Below, in pieces: positions 35,147 through 50,000 of a stretch of DNA of 52,698 bases. A program made the translations under genes and the position numbers. Source of the stretch: Nemertoderma westbladi (taxonomy: Eukaryota; Animalia; Xenacoelomorpha); NCBI GenBank assembly GCA_032718475.1, contig JAUCBJ010007401.1, positions 1 to 52,698 of the forward strand, given 5' to 3'. The notes below the pieces were generated by a model. The model was not told the DNA's origin, searched no databases, and was given only the letters and a program-made list of their open reading frames with translations. Numbering within the stretch: the stretch's first letter is position 1; each line of letters opens with the position of its first letter.

Positions 35147-37886
35147 AAAACATTTTACATTTATTTTCAATTAGATTTATGTGAAATAATTATAGAGTTC
35201 AGTTGTCACAAGTCTAGTAAAATATCTGTTTGTTTAATGTATTTGTTAGGTCCAATTGATTTACCGATATATCAGTCCCTTTTCCACTATAACCAACTCC
35301 ACTACCTTTTAGAATATACAGTAAATTAATAAGCAAGTTCTCATTATTGATGGGGAAAATTGTTGTTTTTTATAGTATTATATATATATGAGTGCAGTAT
35401 ATATACAGTGCAATTGAGAATAGTTCAGCACGGAGATAGTTGGAGCTGCTGCCTTTTCCTTGTGTATATTAATTTAATAGCCTCATTAATTACACGGGTG
35501 TCACCAGTTATACAGGTTCTATGTTGTTTTATGTGTGTTGATGATCTTTACTGCCGTGTATAAAACCTCATAAACAAATTAATCCAATGGCATTTTGCAT
35601 TATTAAATAATTGATGCACCGTGAACGAATGGGATGTAGAATTGTAGAATGTGTCGAAATAAAAAACACAGAAATTTCTTAAACTAATAATTCAACCAGT
35701 TCTATGAATATTAATCCATTTGTTACATAAATTATTTATTAATTTGTTTGGTAAATGACTGAATAAATTTCCTCCATTTCATTATCTATGATTGTCATTA
35801 ATCTATATCAATATACAATAAATGAGACCCCATTACTAGTGGCCCCTTTCAATGTAAACAATATCACCCTAACTTACTTCCATAACGTCTACTAGCTATA
35901 ATTATAATAAATTCGCCATGTGGCGGCATTAAAGTTTCTACCTAATTGTTAAACTGGACCCTCGTAACATTACGGTAACGGAAGCAATTAATAAATAACT
36001 CTGACATACTTTGACACCCTAACCTGTATAAGTGTTAGGCCTACCTCATTGGCCGTTGCAGTTATTGTCCTGGTTTCTAAGAATTATCATCATTAATTTC
36101 TTTATCCTAATAAAGTTACGTTGTTACACCTGTATTATTGCTGTAATAAATCTACTAAAATTATGATAAATAATATTATTGTTTGCTTCTCAGGAATTGC
36201 TTATCGATTAGGCCTTGTATGTATATAGTTATTCATTTTTGACACACTAACTATGACTGTTTGATTATAAAATTTTTTTCCAATGTACATTAGTACAACT
36301 ATCTATGGACTTTTTAGAGATTGGCCTTTTTCACCGTTGTTTAAATCTATTCGCGAATGTTTGAATCTATTCCGTAGTAAGAGACCTCCTGAACGGGCTA
36401 TAAGTCTCAGTTCAATGTGCAATGTGGGTCTCTCAAAATGTGGGTAACACAACGGCATTCCTAAAAAGGGTCAAACGGTCTTTGCGAGATCAATTTATTC
36501 AAGGTTGTTATGAAAACTATTAAATTATATAAAGGGACAGTATTTATATTAAAACGGCATTTGGGGATGAGGAATATCTGTCTTCGTTGATGGATAACAA
36601 TGGTTTATGGTAAACATTAGCCTGGTTTCGTTGGACGATGGGACCGCAGAGTTGTAGAGGAGCGTTTATGTAAAATGTGCAATATGCATTGTGTAAAGAA
36701 CTAGTACCGTTTTTTGTTAGTATTTCCCGAGTACTCAGATACAAGACAGATTCACCTCCATAATCGTTACTGCGAAAAATTTTCCGAGTATAAATTTAGA
36801 TTTAATTTCCCAAACCGAATGCTGTCAGGTGACAAAAAAGAACGTTGCCTTGTATCTCAATAAAGCTTTTGCTAAACGGGACACTGTGTTGGGTAGGGTG
36901 AGGGAGCAATGTAATTCTTAGATCTGCGATTAGCTATACTAAATATAGTCTGACTTACTTTATGTAGTTGACAAGTTACGATATTATTGTCCCCTTCCTA
37001 ACATATTAACCGTTGTAATGGCAAGATTTATAGACGGTCACCGCTCTATCCAGGTATTTTCCTGGAGTAGTTGGTCTTTATAGGGGCGGGTCAAGGTTTA
37101 TGGTGCTTTCAAAGTACTGAAGGAAGATATAAAAATGAGCTACGTTCATTAAGAAATTGTTTCATTTCTTGAATAATGGAGCAAATTGATAGCATGTCAA
37201 TTTCCCATATTGTATGGAATTGAAATATATTCAAATCGATAGGATTGTGGTTGATCGTTATATGCAATAATTGATTTAATCGTTTTCGATTGAGGTCATG
37301 TGTTCATTAACGTTACATCATGAAAGGACGGCGGAAATACGTTATATTAATATAATATATATCATTAGATTAACATATTTATGAATGAGTTATAAAACTA
37401 CATTTTGTAAAAGTAGGGTGACTTTATCCACAATGTGTATCTAAGTAGGTACTAATATTATTATTGATATAGATTTGGATATGGATTGAATGACGGAGTG
37501 ATTGACTGATATACCTATATCTATTCAAATATACAATCCGCTCATTGCTATCATTAATTTAGATCCTATGGTGATAAAGGGAACTTTCAAATATTTGAAA
37601 CTATTTTGCGTATGATAGGTGATGAAATTCATTGTTGTGACCCACATATGCCTTTTGCTTTAATTACTTTTTAAAACTACTTTATTATAAATTTACTTCA
37701 CCGACGTAGATACAGTTCATCTACATTTTTGCTTATTATTGGCGTCTTCAACGAATTATTAACTAATGTAAATTAGGCAGGCCTCTATGAATTAATTCAT
37801 TTCTATAGAACAAAAGGTTGTTTATAATAATTATTATCTTCAAACAATCATATAATATTTAGCAATGCCTATTTGTGGTAAAATTA

Positions 37887-38300
37887 ATGCAAAACTTAGT
37901 TACCTACTCTAGAACAATTACCACAATGAAAGAAGACGGCGATGTCATTGGAAATGGTACTGGTCTTGGTACAGGCAGCAATACCGGTACTGATAATAGA
38001 TCAGCATGTGTAACTGGAATAACACGGTCACGGACGAACAGCGCAATGAACCTAAGTCATGAACCCATAGCGCCCAATGAGATCGTTCCATTGATAAGGA
38101 CGTTGTACAAAAAGTACACAGCTGGTCAGACTGTATCGAATGCGAAACTAACACAGAGCCGTAATAGGGCAAAGTCATGGCAACCTCCCGGAAACGACAA
38201 TATGGATAAAGGGATATGTTCTAAGTATGAGAGTATGGACTATGAGACATTCGAGAGTGCTATATTCCTTAATGATCGCATTGACAAAGGCTACAAACAT
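37887..38300 (+). CDS. CLCN6/7-like chloride/proton exchanger, N-terminal coding exon
   Basis: SKYESMDYETFESAIFL resembles ClC-7 LKYESLDYD..ENQLFL; gtaagt donor at 38301; start may be ATG 37887 or 37926. Confidence 0.75.
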
Positions 38301-38713
38301 GTAAGTAACTATAATTATATTGAAGGCGGCTGTACTATGTGGGGCGAGTCAGAAATGCGAGCCATCAATCAACGGGAATAATTATACTAAGGTTGATTTC
38401 CAAATGGGTGTATAGGGAATGGCTTGCAGTTTTGATGCATGAAGTCTCCCCTCCCTTGTATGACTCTGCTGCATGTAATTTTTTTAAGCTACTTAGGGGC
38501 CGTGCACATATGATGTGGGATTTGTGCACAATTTGTGACTTGGGGAGGGGGGCTAGCTATGTGACGTCAAAATAGCACTTTGGTTAACAAATAAAAAGCA
38601 CAACACCAACATCAACAGCCAAAATGAAAACTATTTAAGTAATCGCGAATCGAGGGGATGAAGTGTTAATTCTAAGTGGCGATAAAGATCGAGAACACCT
38701 ATTTGACCTATAG

Positions 38714-40837
38714 GGGCTGTTGCGCTGTCAGTCAGAGAGGTAACAGCCCATGGGGTAAGGATTTACCCATGGGGCGCTAACTATCAGATAGTCTGATACC
38801 AACTGTCAGACAGTCTTTTTCAACTATCAGATAGATGATCGCCCAGTTACAAGTTGCCTGATAGTTGTATTTTTTAAACCCCGAGTGTCGTTGACGGAGT
38901 CTGTTACTTCCGAAATCGTTGATCGTGGTGCCGGTGCCGGAATTCTGGCTTTGATTAAAAACACTGAACTGCTGAACGATGGCGGAATCTACGAAACCCG
39001 GCCGGATTCCTAATCCGAGGAGGCGACGGAGTAAATTAAACGTAACAATGAAACGATCGCGATGGACAATGGACTGATGGAGTCTATTCAATGTATCCAG
39101 GACGATACGATGGTGGTGGAGTCTATTACAGTATTAAACACGCAACCAAAGCGATCAGACGATGGCGATGTAATCTACAAAACAGAGAACGACAGGAAGG
39201 CGTTATTAAACCCAGTAAGATGGTGCATAACGAAGCGATCGAGACGGATAACGGAGTCTATTACAGAATTAAACCTGGAACGAAGACGGTGGAATCTATA
39301 GGCCTAAACCTGGAACAATGCGAACAAGGTTACTCTAAAGTTAGACTAGACCATAGACTGGTTTGTGAGATTAACTTGCCAATACTAACTCAATACAATT
39401 TGCTTTCTTCGAATTCCTAATAATATGTTTTAATCTTAATAATAAATTATTCAATATCAATTATTTTATAAGTCTTGTCAATGTATAAGATTGCTAAAGA
39501 CTAAAGAGCTAACTTTAGGAAGATCTGCCTTATATTTTTAGAATTATTATAATTAATTTTTGTTATGTTTATAATGAATTGTATCTTTTGACAGACTACT
39601 TGATGTGTGACCCTGATAATAAAATTAAATGGTGCCGAAATATTTTCACTTACTTAAGTGCAGGGGGGGGGGGGGGTGCAATCAATATTCTTCCCTCTCC
39701 AGGTGAAAATCGACGCAAATAAGTGAGTGATCTTCCACAGTAAACCCTTCCACTCTGTTTCCCAAGTTGCCTTGGTTCCCAATCGACCACTGAAGGATGA
39801 AAGCCGGGGTTGGGCTAGGCTGCAGCATTTAAAGCACTGTGCCCAAACAGTACTGCCCCATCTAGGGATCGAACATTGAATATTTGAGATTGCATAAGAT
39901 AGAGTATTGAATATCTTTGGCCGTCATCCCGTTGGTGACTGCATTGGCAACCATTTCGACAGTTTCGATTGGTTTCGGCTCTTCAGTCCCTGAATAGACC
40001 GATGGTCGGCGTGGTTGCTGTCCCCATGACTGAGGCTGCATTATCAACCAAAATTGCCATCTCCAGGTGCTGGAGCAGAAACTGGTGTGACCGCGGTTCG
40101 TGGGTGGCACTGTGGAGACGAGCCCCGATCTCCCGGAGGAAGGTGGATGCCTCTGGACCAGGGCGGCCAAAGGTCTCAAAGGCCACGGGGTGAAATAAAT
40201 GGCCCCGGTCCATTAGGTCGCGATACTTAGAGTTTTTAGTGCGCTCCGCCCCCTTACTGCCTTAGCTGAGTGCCCCTCGGCAATGATGGTTTGTTGAAGG
40301 TGGCTGGGGGCCAGTGGATCTAGTAATAATTAACGCAAAGATATGATTAGGTAGGCCTACGTGATATTACTGTATTAATTTCTCAAACCAAACCTCCATT
40401 GACGTCAAATCAAGCGTCAAATATATCCAATTTCTCAATCCATACTAATCCGTATGTAATAATGCAGTAATGTCAGAATGTACACTGTAATGCAATACCG
40501 GTAATGTCAATGTCCAACCAAACAATGCGTTGAGTGTTATCGGACCAGCCTCCGAGAAATGTTAGGCTAACGGCACCTCGCTCTGTTGCATCAGTTTTTG
40601 TAGTGGTCAGGTTGTTCCAGGCTACCAGAATCCGTTAGGCCTAGTGCATGATATAGAATCAGCACATCCTGACATCTGTGCAATTCCTGATCTCAGGCGA
40701 GCATTTTACAGATGGTGGTCTAATTTATATGGTCTTGTACCGCGAAACCGTGTATTATTTACAGATGTAGGCTAGGTCCCAGAGGTAAATCCTTACCCCA
40801 CGGGCTGTTACCTCTCTGACTGACAGCGCAACAGCCC
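38714..40837. mobile_element. Nested element with ~54-bp near-perfect TIRs
   Basis: gggctgttgcgctgtcagtcagagaggtaacagcccRtggggtaaggatttacc and its reverse complement at 40784-40837. Confidence 0.8.
39983..40320 (-). mobile_element. 3' fragment of an RLE-type (CRE-like) non-LTR retrotransposon
   Basis: PLAPSHL...KNSKY...FHPVAFETFG..GPEA..FLREIG.RL...LLQHLEMAILVDNAASVMGT matches the C-terminal RLE region. Confidence 0.75.
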
Positions 40838-41678
40838 TCTCTCTAATTGACTGGGTAGATAAGGACGAGGTAGAGTTAGACCCAGGAAGTGGCACAATAG
40901 TCGATCGTATACCTGGTGCACTTCAGGTGATCGATGTCGAAACTCAGATGTTGTAGTCATTGTGAAAAGCTGAATTAATGAAGTATTAATTGCCATTTAG
41001 TATTTAACATAATAATTTCAAATTTAACATTTTGTATTAACTATATACTTGGTATGTTTTGTGACATAACTTTCAAGGGGGGAGGGGGGATTACAAAATT
41101 CGTGACAGATTGTGGCAGAGGGGGGAGTGGGGTCGAAAATCGTCAAAAAAAGCGTGACATCATTTGTGCACGGCTCCTTAACCATATATTCCACTTTACG
41201 AATCAACAACTTTAATAACTCGCTATAATCCGTTTAGAAATTATGGTTTAACGTTATGTCGATGGCCACCACTAACCAAGCCAAACCACTATGCCACTAC
41301 CGTATCCCTTACAACTTGGTCTATACATGTCTTAGCCAGTTGTCCATGGCAACGTCTACCTTGTACTGGTTGCCAGAGAAATAGATCTGGTATGACCTCG
41401 TATTTAATGATCCAGCTTGTGGCCTAAGTGGCCCTAAATGCTAGGTAGTATGTGAGGGAATAAGACCCCATGTCATATTTTATTGTTTTCATATTAATAT
41501 CAAAATCCCTCTCAAGTCGTGGTTGTCTAACAGTTTCTTTGGTTATCATCTTACAAAATAATCATCATCAGTATTCAAACTCCGCGTATCTAATTTATAT
41601 AATTGACATATATAATATAAGTATATATAATAGTATTTATAATTAAATATAAGATATTGTGTATTTATTGTTTTTTAG

Positions 41679-41818
41679 GTTGTTATCACCAATATATACC
41701 GATGGCTTGTATGCTTTGCAATAGGAATCACAATCGGAATCATAGCAAAATGTTTGAGCATTTTAACAACATTTTTATTCCGTCACAAAATCGCGCTAAT
41801 TCTCAGCATTAATTCAGG
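41679..41818 (+). CDS. CLCN6/7-like gene, next exon (first TM helix)
   Basis: ttttttag acceptor, gtgagt donor, in phase with 38300; VVITNIYRWLVCFAIGITIGIIA resembles ClC-7 RWVICALIGILTGLVA. Confidence 0.8.
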
Positions 41819-41898
41819 GTGAGTCACAAACTCAAATAATTAATTATTTCATTATTCACAAGTATATATAATAATAATGGTATAGAATAATAATTTAA

Positions 41899-43441
41899 CC
41901 CTATTAGTACCGGGCTACAAAATGCTGTACAAATACCGGGGGGGGTCATATTGACCCTTCCCTCTAAAATCTACAAATATTAACGAAAACGTCTGATTTT
42001 TTGTTTGTACGTAGGTATCACTAGTCTGGGAAAAAATTTCGAAAAAATGTACTGGGGTGGTAATATTGCAGCACCAAAATTACAAGTAGTGCACAATTTT
42101 CACAAAATTTGAAAGTTACATTTTTCGGGTAATTGTTTTTCAATACAGGTTTTCTGGGGCGCAAAATACATTGGAAAATATTTAAAAATGATATGATTAC
42201 CATAAATGGCTATTTAGTCCTCTATGCGTAGGAAAAAAATGAAAAAAACAAGTAACCAGCACTTTTCAGTTAGAACACAAAATTTTTAATTCACTTATAC
42301 GATGCTATAGATTCACATTTTCAGGTTTTCTAGGGCGCTGATTCTAATGGAATACATTTCAAATATGCCAGATCATGGCTACTTGTATTTTTCGGCGTAA
42401 TTTGGCAAATTTTGGTGCTAGCACCAAATTTCGTACCCATCACCAAAAAGTACAAGTTTGCGATGTCCAGTGCTGTTTTTATTGATTCCATCGGATTCAG
42501 GACACTCATAAACCCGTATAACGCAAGAAACAAGATGATACTATCTACTGATCAATTTACTCATTTTCCAAAATTTGGTGCTGGCACAACAATTTTCACC
42601 CACCGGCGAAAAATACAAGATTGAAAACTCTTATGAAATTTTTACTGATTCCTTTGAATTCAGAACCGTAACAAACCCGTATAACGCAAGAAACAAGATG
42701 ACACAATCAATTGATATATTTGATGGTTTTCAAAATTTGGTGCTAGCACCACATTTTGCACCCACTTCCGAAAAATACAAGTTTGAGATATCTAGTTCGA
42801 TAATTATATATTCCATTGAATTCAGAACAGCCATAAACCTCTAAAACGCAAGAAATAAATTGTCACAAGCAATTTTATCTATTGAATGGATTTTCAAAAT
42901 TTCGTGCTAGCACCAAAATTTGCACAAAGCAACGAAAAATACAAGTTTGATACGCTTGGTGCAACTCGTATATATTTCTTCGAAACCAGAACCCCAAAAT
43001 ACCCCAATTGCGTAAAAAACAAGTTTCAAACAATCAATTTACAAAATTGACATATTTCAAAATTTGGTGCTGGCACCAAAATTTGGCACCCGCCGAAAAA
43101 AACAAGTTTGAAATTTCTAAATCAATTTATATGAATTCCATCCAATTGCTAACACCAAAAAACCGGTGTAAATCAAAAATAGAGATGATACAATTAATAT
43201 TTAATGAAATGTATTTTTCAAAAAACGTCTCAAAAAAAGTGCCAAAAGTAGGGTTAAAAAATGGTGCTATAACTCGAAAACTACCCAATATTTTTGAAAA
43301 CGGTTTTCACTACTAGGAAGACAATAGATTTTTAAGAAAAGTCATAAAATTTCAGATTCCCAACTGCGTTTGTTTCAGAATTATAATAAAAAAACCACGG
43401 GGGGGGTCATATTGACCCCCCCCCCCCCGGGTTTAATAGGG
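41899..43441 (+). mobile_element. Complete piggyBac-like non-autonomous element (1543 bp)
   Basis: TTAA at 41895-41898 and 43442-43445; TIRs CCCTATTAGTACCGGG / CCCGGGTTTAATAGGG; ~120-bp internal subrepeats with TTTGGTGCTAGCACCAAA palindromes. Confidence 0.9.
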
Positions 43442-46400
43442 TTAAGTCTTGTATTTAAGTAAAGATACCATGATGACAACATCCGACAGCCTAAACTACC
43501 GCGTCATTTAATGTTTAGTATTAATTTAGGAAATAATGGAACTGGTTATAGTGTGTAACCAAAATATTACTTAGTCGATGGAGAACTACAATGACAATTA
43601 TTGAAAAAACAATCATATTCAATAGAAAAGTTTACATACTGATGGAGTGATGCTACCTTCGTAGATCGTAACAGCCAATTACAATTAGAGTAACACTTTA
43701 GGCATGAGGTTTGTAACCATTGGCATATAAAGATCTCTAATCAATTATTCTTACTTAAATATTAATGACATTCTAATATAATTGTTCTGATACATCTCAA
43801 CTCTATAATTCCTTTAAATTTGTAATGAATTCCTAAAGTAAAGCCCGTGGGGAGTTTAGTATATAAGTAGTACAACCCTCGTATATATTTTTTGTTGCCG
43901 TTTATAATGCAACAAATGGATCGCAATCCCTCCCGCCCCCTAATGATAGGGAAAATTAATGATGCAACCTGTTGCTTTAATATTTGAAAGGAGACACCAC
44001 CCATAAGGTGTGCCATTAGACATAACTATACATATTCATAAAGTATGGAAGCAGTAAATCCAACAAATATAGTCCAGGTTCAGCTGTCAACAGTGCATTA
44101 ATCTTTGAAAATCGTGTAAGGCAAATTGACGAATTCAACACGTCCAGCCATTAGCAATTATTATGTAAATTAATGTAGTGAATTGTTGTTGGGAAAGACA
44201 TGCAATAATGCGTTTGATTAATATACTTTGCACAGTCCGACCATCGAGCTATAGTGAATTTATTTTGGGTATGCACGTAAAATGACAATGCCACTACTCT
44301 AAGATGAAACGTATTGTTAGACTGGGTCCGGGGTCCCGCAAGATATTTACTGATTTTATATCAGACGGGCTAAGCCAAGGACCACATTCAGGTTATTTCG
44401 AATGAATCTCAGCAAATCATTCCGGGTACTTGATAAAAATCTGTCTTCATTGTTACCAATGCGTCTCTGCAGTGCACTGTGTCATCTGACTTGCAATTAA
44501 TTACTTTCACACTTCAAAGTACAGCCGAGTATCTAGTTCATTAAATAACGGGATTCTGATAGTAATAATAGATGCGTTGGGACTCTTTAAATTGATCATT
44601 AAATTTTCTAGGAAAAATGTGCAGGGAAACATAGTAGGGGATTTTGCATGGGCCTCTGATCATGTTGGATGAGTTGTTGCTATTGTAATTACTTTATGGT
44701 TTCAGATTGTCTGTGTGCCAATCGCTATCGGACCTTTAGTGTTAGATCAATTTATAATGATGTTTGTTATTAAGCGAAAGCTAAATGTTGGCTAAAGAAA
44801 TTAGTAATCGTCGAGGTAACACCCTGTTCATTGTACACGATTGTTCGGAAGTTACCAGATAATTGTTAGGAATAAAAATATATCCCTTCTTCTTATATAT
44901 GGGAATGGGCTGTACCAAAGCTACAAATAGCCCCTGCCCAAACAGCAAGAAAATGTCTAGAAAACAAAATCAGGTTAACAATTATTGTTTTAGTTATAAT
45001 TATTGACAGTAACCAAGCGTGCTTGGCCATACAATAAAGACTTGTTAATATAATAACCAAATTAACCCCATCAGTTCAGCCGTTTTTTTAGGACGGTTCT
45101 AGCCCACTTCGGCAACTAACATACTTCACTTATGGCCATCTCGAAATACATTCCTATTTAATGGAATCTAATCTAATCTCTAATACAATCGAATATCTCC
45201 TCGGTACTTTCCAAAGTACCCAAAGACGATCCAAAGTAAGACTTTAATTAATTACTTAATTAATAACAATTGTGGTCCTTTAATTTAGTGCTGTCACTAC
45301 TAATGTAGTACTGTCACTCAATTATAATTTCCCTCGTCTGAGGCGTATCTTTCCCTCTAAAAAAATACATTCCTAGCATTACAACTTTTGTATCTACAAT
45401 ACCAATGATGATATTGTAGAAAAGGACGAGGACCATAAAAGCTTTAAAGTGCTAATTATGAACAAAGGCGAATCTAATGTTATTTATTAGTGGGGAATTA
45501 TTTATAATTATGCACTTGAACTTTCTAGAATAACATTGTAACAGGAATGCATGACATGTTAATTATAAACACTTTTGCATCTCGTACTAAATTAGCGTAG
45601 TGGATAACACGATCGATTATGAATGTAAGGGGCCACTTGTTCGATTATGACATATTTCATTTTTGTAAGTTTTAGAATTGTGAAATAGACTAATTAATAA
45701 ACTGAGCTAAAACGAATATTATTCTAATTAGGCCCGGGTGCACCCGGCAAAAAGTTATAAATCTCTAGCCCCCCAAAAACTCATATATGGGCTGTTTTAA
45801 ATTTAGCTGACTGCAAAATGGGTCGGGTTGTCTGGATAAAGGGGTAACCTGGGATCCAGAATCGAAGAATTTAGTTTCTGGTGGTGCCCTGATAGCCCAT
45901 TGGCGACCTCCTCTCCTACTGCGCCTGCAAAGGAACAGTGGATTGAAAACTGGCGATTGACTATGCACCTGAAAAGGACTCGGAATGCGCTGGTAGCAGT
46001 GGACTCGCAGAGGACCGACAGACCGCGAGCCAAACCGCTTTGCATTCGTGATACTGATTCCGAAAGGGATCTCTCGAATGGCGAGCAGACATACAGAGGG
46101 TCTACTTGCGACAGACAAAAGTATGTAACTATGAGCCTGGAAAGGACTCGGAACACACTGACAGATTCCTGAACCAAGCCGCCTTGCATTCCTGATAACC
46201 GATCCTGAAAAAGATCAGGAAGGGCGGGCAGACATGCGAAGGGTCTACTTGCGACAGACTAGTTTTCGGTAAAAGTATGTAACTACAAGCCTGGAAAGAA
46301 CTGAAAGCTGTTGACCCTCGCCTGACCGACTGACACTGACCGAACAGACGGGTATTAAACTTAGTTAGGGTAGATCAAAGTCTTATAAAATAAAGTCAGC

Positions 46401-46712
46401 AGTACTATAAAGTAAATAATTATTTGGTTATTTGTACCTTTGGTTTATTAACTCATTGCGAATATTTGGTGTTATTATTGTTGTGAGGAAGCCTGCAAGT
46501 TTTGAATCAAATCGTCTAAGAGTGTGTATACAGAGGAATAAATTTATGTTCAACCAATGTTTACATTATTTTCACAACTTGAATCTCACTCAAGTTCTCC
46601 CCCACCCACAATAATTCGGTGACTTGTATTAAGCTCGTAAGGAGTTACAAGGAGCAGTCGTATCTCGCAGGTAGGAAAGCGCTGCGGATTACGAAACCAA
46701 AGTTATCACGAT

Positions 46713-47009
46713 ATGGTCAACTTTCATAAAGACAATAGGAATCCCGCTTCAGAACCGCAGCCTCTGCCTGCAAAGACTAATAATTACCAAAGAAATAAAC
46801 TCCAGGACCAAATACGTGAACAAAGAGCTCGAGTGCTGAAGGAGCATATGGAAAACGAGTGCGCCCAATTACAACTTGATAAAGAAGCTTTAACAAAGGC
46901 AATGGCGAAGCGGCGTCAGGAAATGGAAGAGGAAATGCGAAATAAGGAGGTAGTGGCGCAGAAGATGGTCCAAAAGATAAGTATGGACGATGACAAGTGG
47001 ACGATGTAA
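46713..47009 (+). other. 98-aa coiled-coil ORF, possibly a gag remnant
   Basis: E/K/Q/M-rich helical composition; preceded by a GC-richer repeat-containing segment (about 45770-46610); no diagnostic motif. Confidence 0.25.
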
Positions 47010-50000
47010 TAGTTAAAATGATAGTGTGACCGGGTGGATTGCTGATACCCAATGTAATTATGTATGCCGGAGAGAAAAAAGCAGCAACAACTGGTGGTAA
47101 TAATCCAGACTTGATAATATCAAAAATATTCAGGTAAAATCAGTTTATTTATGAGGGCAATGCATTATCAGTAGCAACCCAACGTTACATCAGTCGGAAT
47201 GATAAATAAGCTTATCTTATGCCAACCAGCTCTCTGCTCCGTAGGTATAACCTTATTATAAAAAGAGAATTACAAATTTCCTTGAATTTGAAATTCAAAT
47301 AATCTCTGCGAACAGCGGGTTGGGGATATTTGCGGACATGTGGTTGCGGGAATTAGGTTCAAAGCAACGAGAGCCCGTTTGAGTTGCAGTGAAGTGCAAA
47401 CATGGTAATGCAATCAATGTAGCAAGCTAGCAACTCAATCCCGGCTGATAAACCCCTGGGGAATTCATTTCCGCAGACGTTTACCGGCAGATTACCAAAT
47501 CGAGTTTGCCTGATTGGGCAGGCTGCAAGGAAAATTAGAGACTTATATTTAAGGTATTCGTCAATTTGTTGCTGATAATTATCTGTGCTGATTCCATCTT
47601 GAATGAAGTTGGGAATTGTAAATACAATAATTAAATGAAAACAAATTTTTAAATTTGTAAGTTACTTACTTAAAGGTAAATAATATTTATTTGATGATTG
47701 TTGTATTTGTATTTGCGAATATTCCGTGATCAATGACGAAGATTTTGTCACATGAAAACTCCTGTGACGAAAGGACAGTTATAAAATGTATTTAGTTATC
47801 TTCCTCCTTATAAATAGAATTTTAAAGATACAATTAATGAAAAAGTAAGAAGTATAACACTAAATATATCTCTATACATTCATTATATGTATCGATTACT
47901 GGGTGATTGTAGCTTAGCTAGTCATATGGCGTTTGTCTGTCTTCCCGACCAGTGCCCCAGTGTGTATTAAAATGCAAAAGTACTGAAATGATTTGCACTG
48001 CCGACCGACTTGCAAACTCGATATTATTTCATGTTTAAAGTGAACAGAATTAAAGAGAAAATAAATGATGTTATTATATTAATAATACAAATAGTTTCTG
48101 TTCACAATGAGTCAATATTGCCTGAGAAGAACACCCTGCGAATTTTCTTTTCTATATATGAAGTTGTTAGAATACAGTACATTAAGTTAATTACCAGCCA
48201 GGTACTTCAACAAATTGACACAGTAAATGGAAGGTGAAGAAATTAGAGTAACCCGTTTCACGTGAGAGCATCGGAATTGGACAGGTTATAAAAGGTTGAT
48301 TCTTCTTCGTAACCGCATAAAGGTTAGTTAAATACAAATGGAATTTCCACACAATTCTCAGTTTTCTGGAAAATCATTCATTTAGAAGACTTTGGAAACC
48401 AACTGCTCCAAGGGGCTTGAACTTTCCCTGACCCCTTTAACTCTAAATTAAATGTCTGTACATTTACGCCCTGAAAATTGTTTGATTTGGCTACTTTGAC
48501 AGCTCGCGGAAGCAGCAGAAATTAATATATTACCAGATAAATTAGAATTGATCACAATGTGTGCATAGATGATGGATATACATCTATATAAATGACCGAT
48601 TTTAAGGATAATATAAAACTGATGTTCAGCTGGCATCATAAATTAACGTACTTTCCAAGAACATTTTAGAGGAATATTTTAACAATTATATTTTAGTTAG
48701 CCATTTTCCAATATATCAGATGAACCAGATGTCCGTATTTAAAAAAAATTTATTTGTGTGCATTGTGCCTTTACTTTACGTCGAGCCGTGTGTCTTTTAC
48801 GTTTAATAATTCAATGTTTAATCATCCTCTTGGATGTAAAATTATTTATAAATAATAAATATATAAAATATATAAAATATTTATAACAAAATTCTTTGTT
48901 CCCTTAGCGAGTAGGTTCTCTGAGGTGGTGAGACCAGTGGTGAGTGACTTTAAATTAAGGTTATTGAGGCTGGAGTAAATGTCACCATGGCCACGACCGC
49001 CAGGGGATGGATGAATTTATGATGTGGAGAGGTGTGGATGAATTGGACGTGTAGTAAACTGCATTGTTAAACATGACCCACCGTGCCGTGCTGATATGAA
49101 ATACTGTGTTATCTTCCATCAACCATGGTGTTTACTTAATATTTTGTTAAAATATATATTTTTCTCTATAAGTGTATAATTAATATAAAGAGACATTTAT
49201 GGCTTCTAAAATGAATTATTATGGCAGTAAGATTAATCATATAGTTGGCTCGTTAGTATTATGTACCCAGGAGGGGGGCTGGCTTCATAATCTGACAGAA
49301 AATTAATGCGTAGCTTTGTAAAGTATTCCCATGCGTAGTCAGTAGAATAAGGGTGGGCAACTTACCGTATACCGTATACCGTACTACCGTATAACTTACC
49401 GTATACCAGGTGCGGTGCAGTTCGTAATGCTTAATGTGGAACAGAAAGATTCTGCAATGTGATTGGATGTGGCTGAATGGACGAAGCCCTGGGATTATTT
49501 GTGTATAAATTATCAAAAGATGGAACATTTACATACTCCTGTTTTATCAAACCTGTGTTTCTCAGATTTTTGTAAAAATATGATCCGAAATATTTCTAAA
49601 CTTTTTTCGTATTGTAATTCTAAATTTACTGACTCATATTTCGTCAAATTCAATTCTTTTCTTTATATTGTGTTAATTTTACTTCCAAGAAAATGATTCG
49701 TTGTGCCACAACAATTATTTCTAATTCTTGTATTAGTTAGTTACCTTCCAGTTATTTCCAGTATATTGACATGTGATGAAATATAAATTTAAATATTTAT
49801 TTATTATTTTGTAATGATCCATAATGTCGACATACAATTTTCTGATTTATCGCTCGAAATTATTTAATATTCGTTAAGTAATTAGATAAGAGCTGCATCT
49901 AATTAAAAAACTGAATGGAATACAATTTATGGCCATACAATGTGTTCTAATCATAGAACATTTGAAAGAAAATTCTAAACAATAGAATCTCACAATACTA

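Larger units (their letters stand above)
38496..41177. mobile_element. PIF/Harbinger-like non-autonomous element in the CLC intron
   Basis: TIRs GGGGCCGTGCACATATGATGT / ACATCATTTGTGCACGGCTCC flanked by TTA on both sides (38493-38495, 41178-41180). Confidence 0.7.

Noticed and set aside
38301-38381. C-terminal part of the 168-aa ORF at 37875
   Set aside because: Reads through the gtaagt donor into intron; homology resumes at 41679
45765-46330. Overlapping ORFs on both strands
   Set aside because: Explained by a GC-richer imperfect direct repeat (gggtctacttgcgacagac twice); no protein motif recognised
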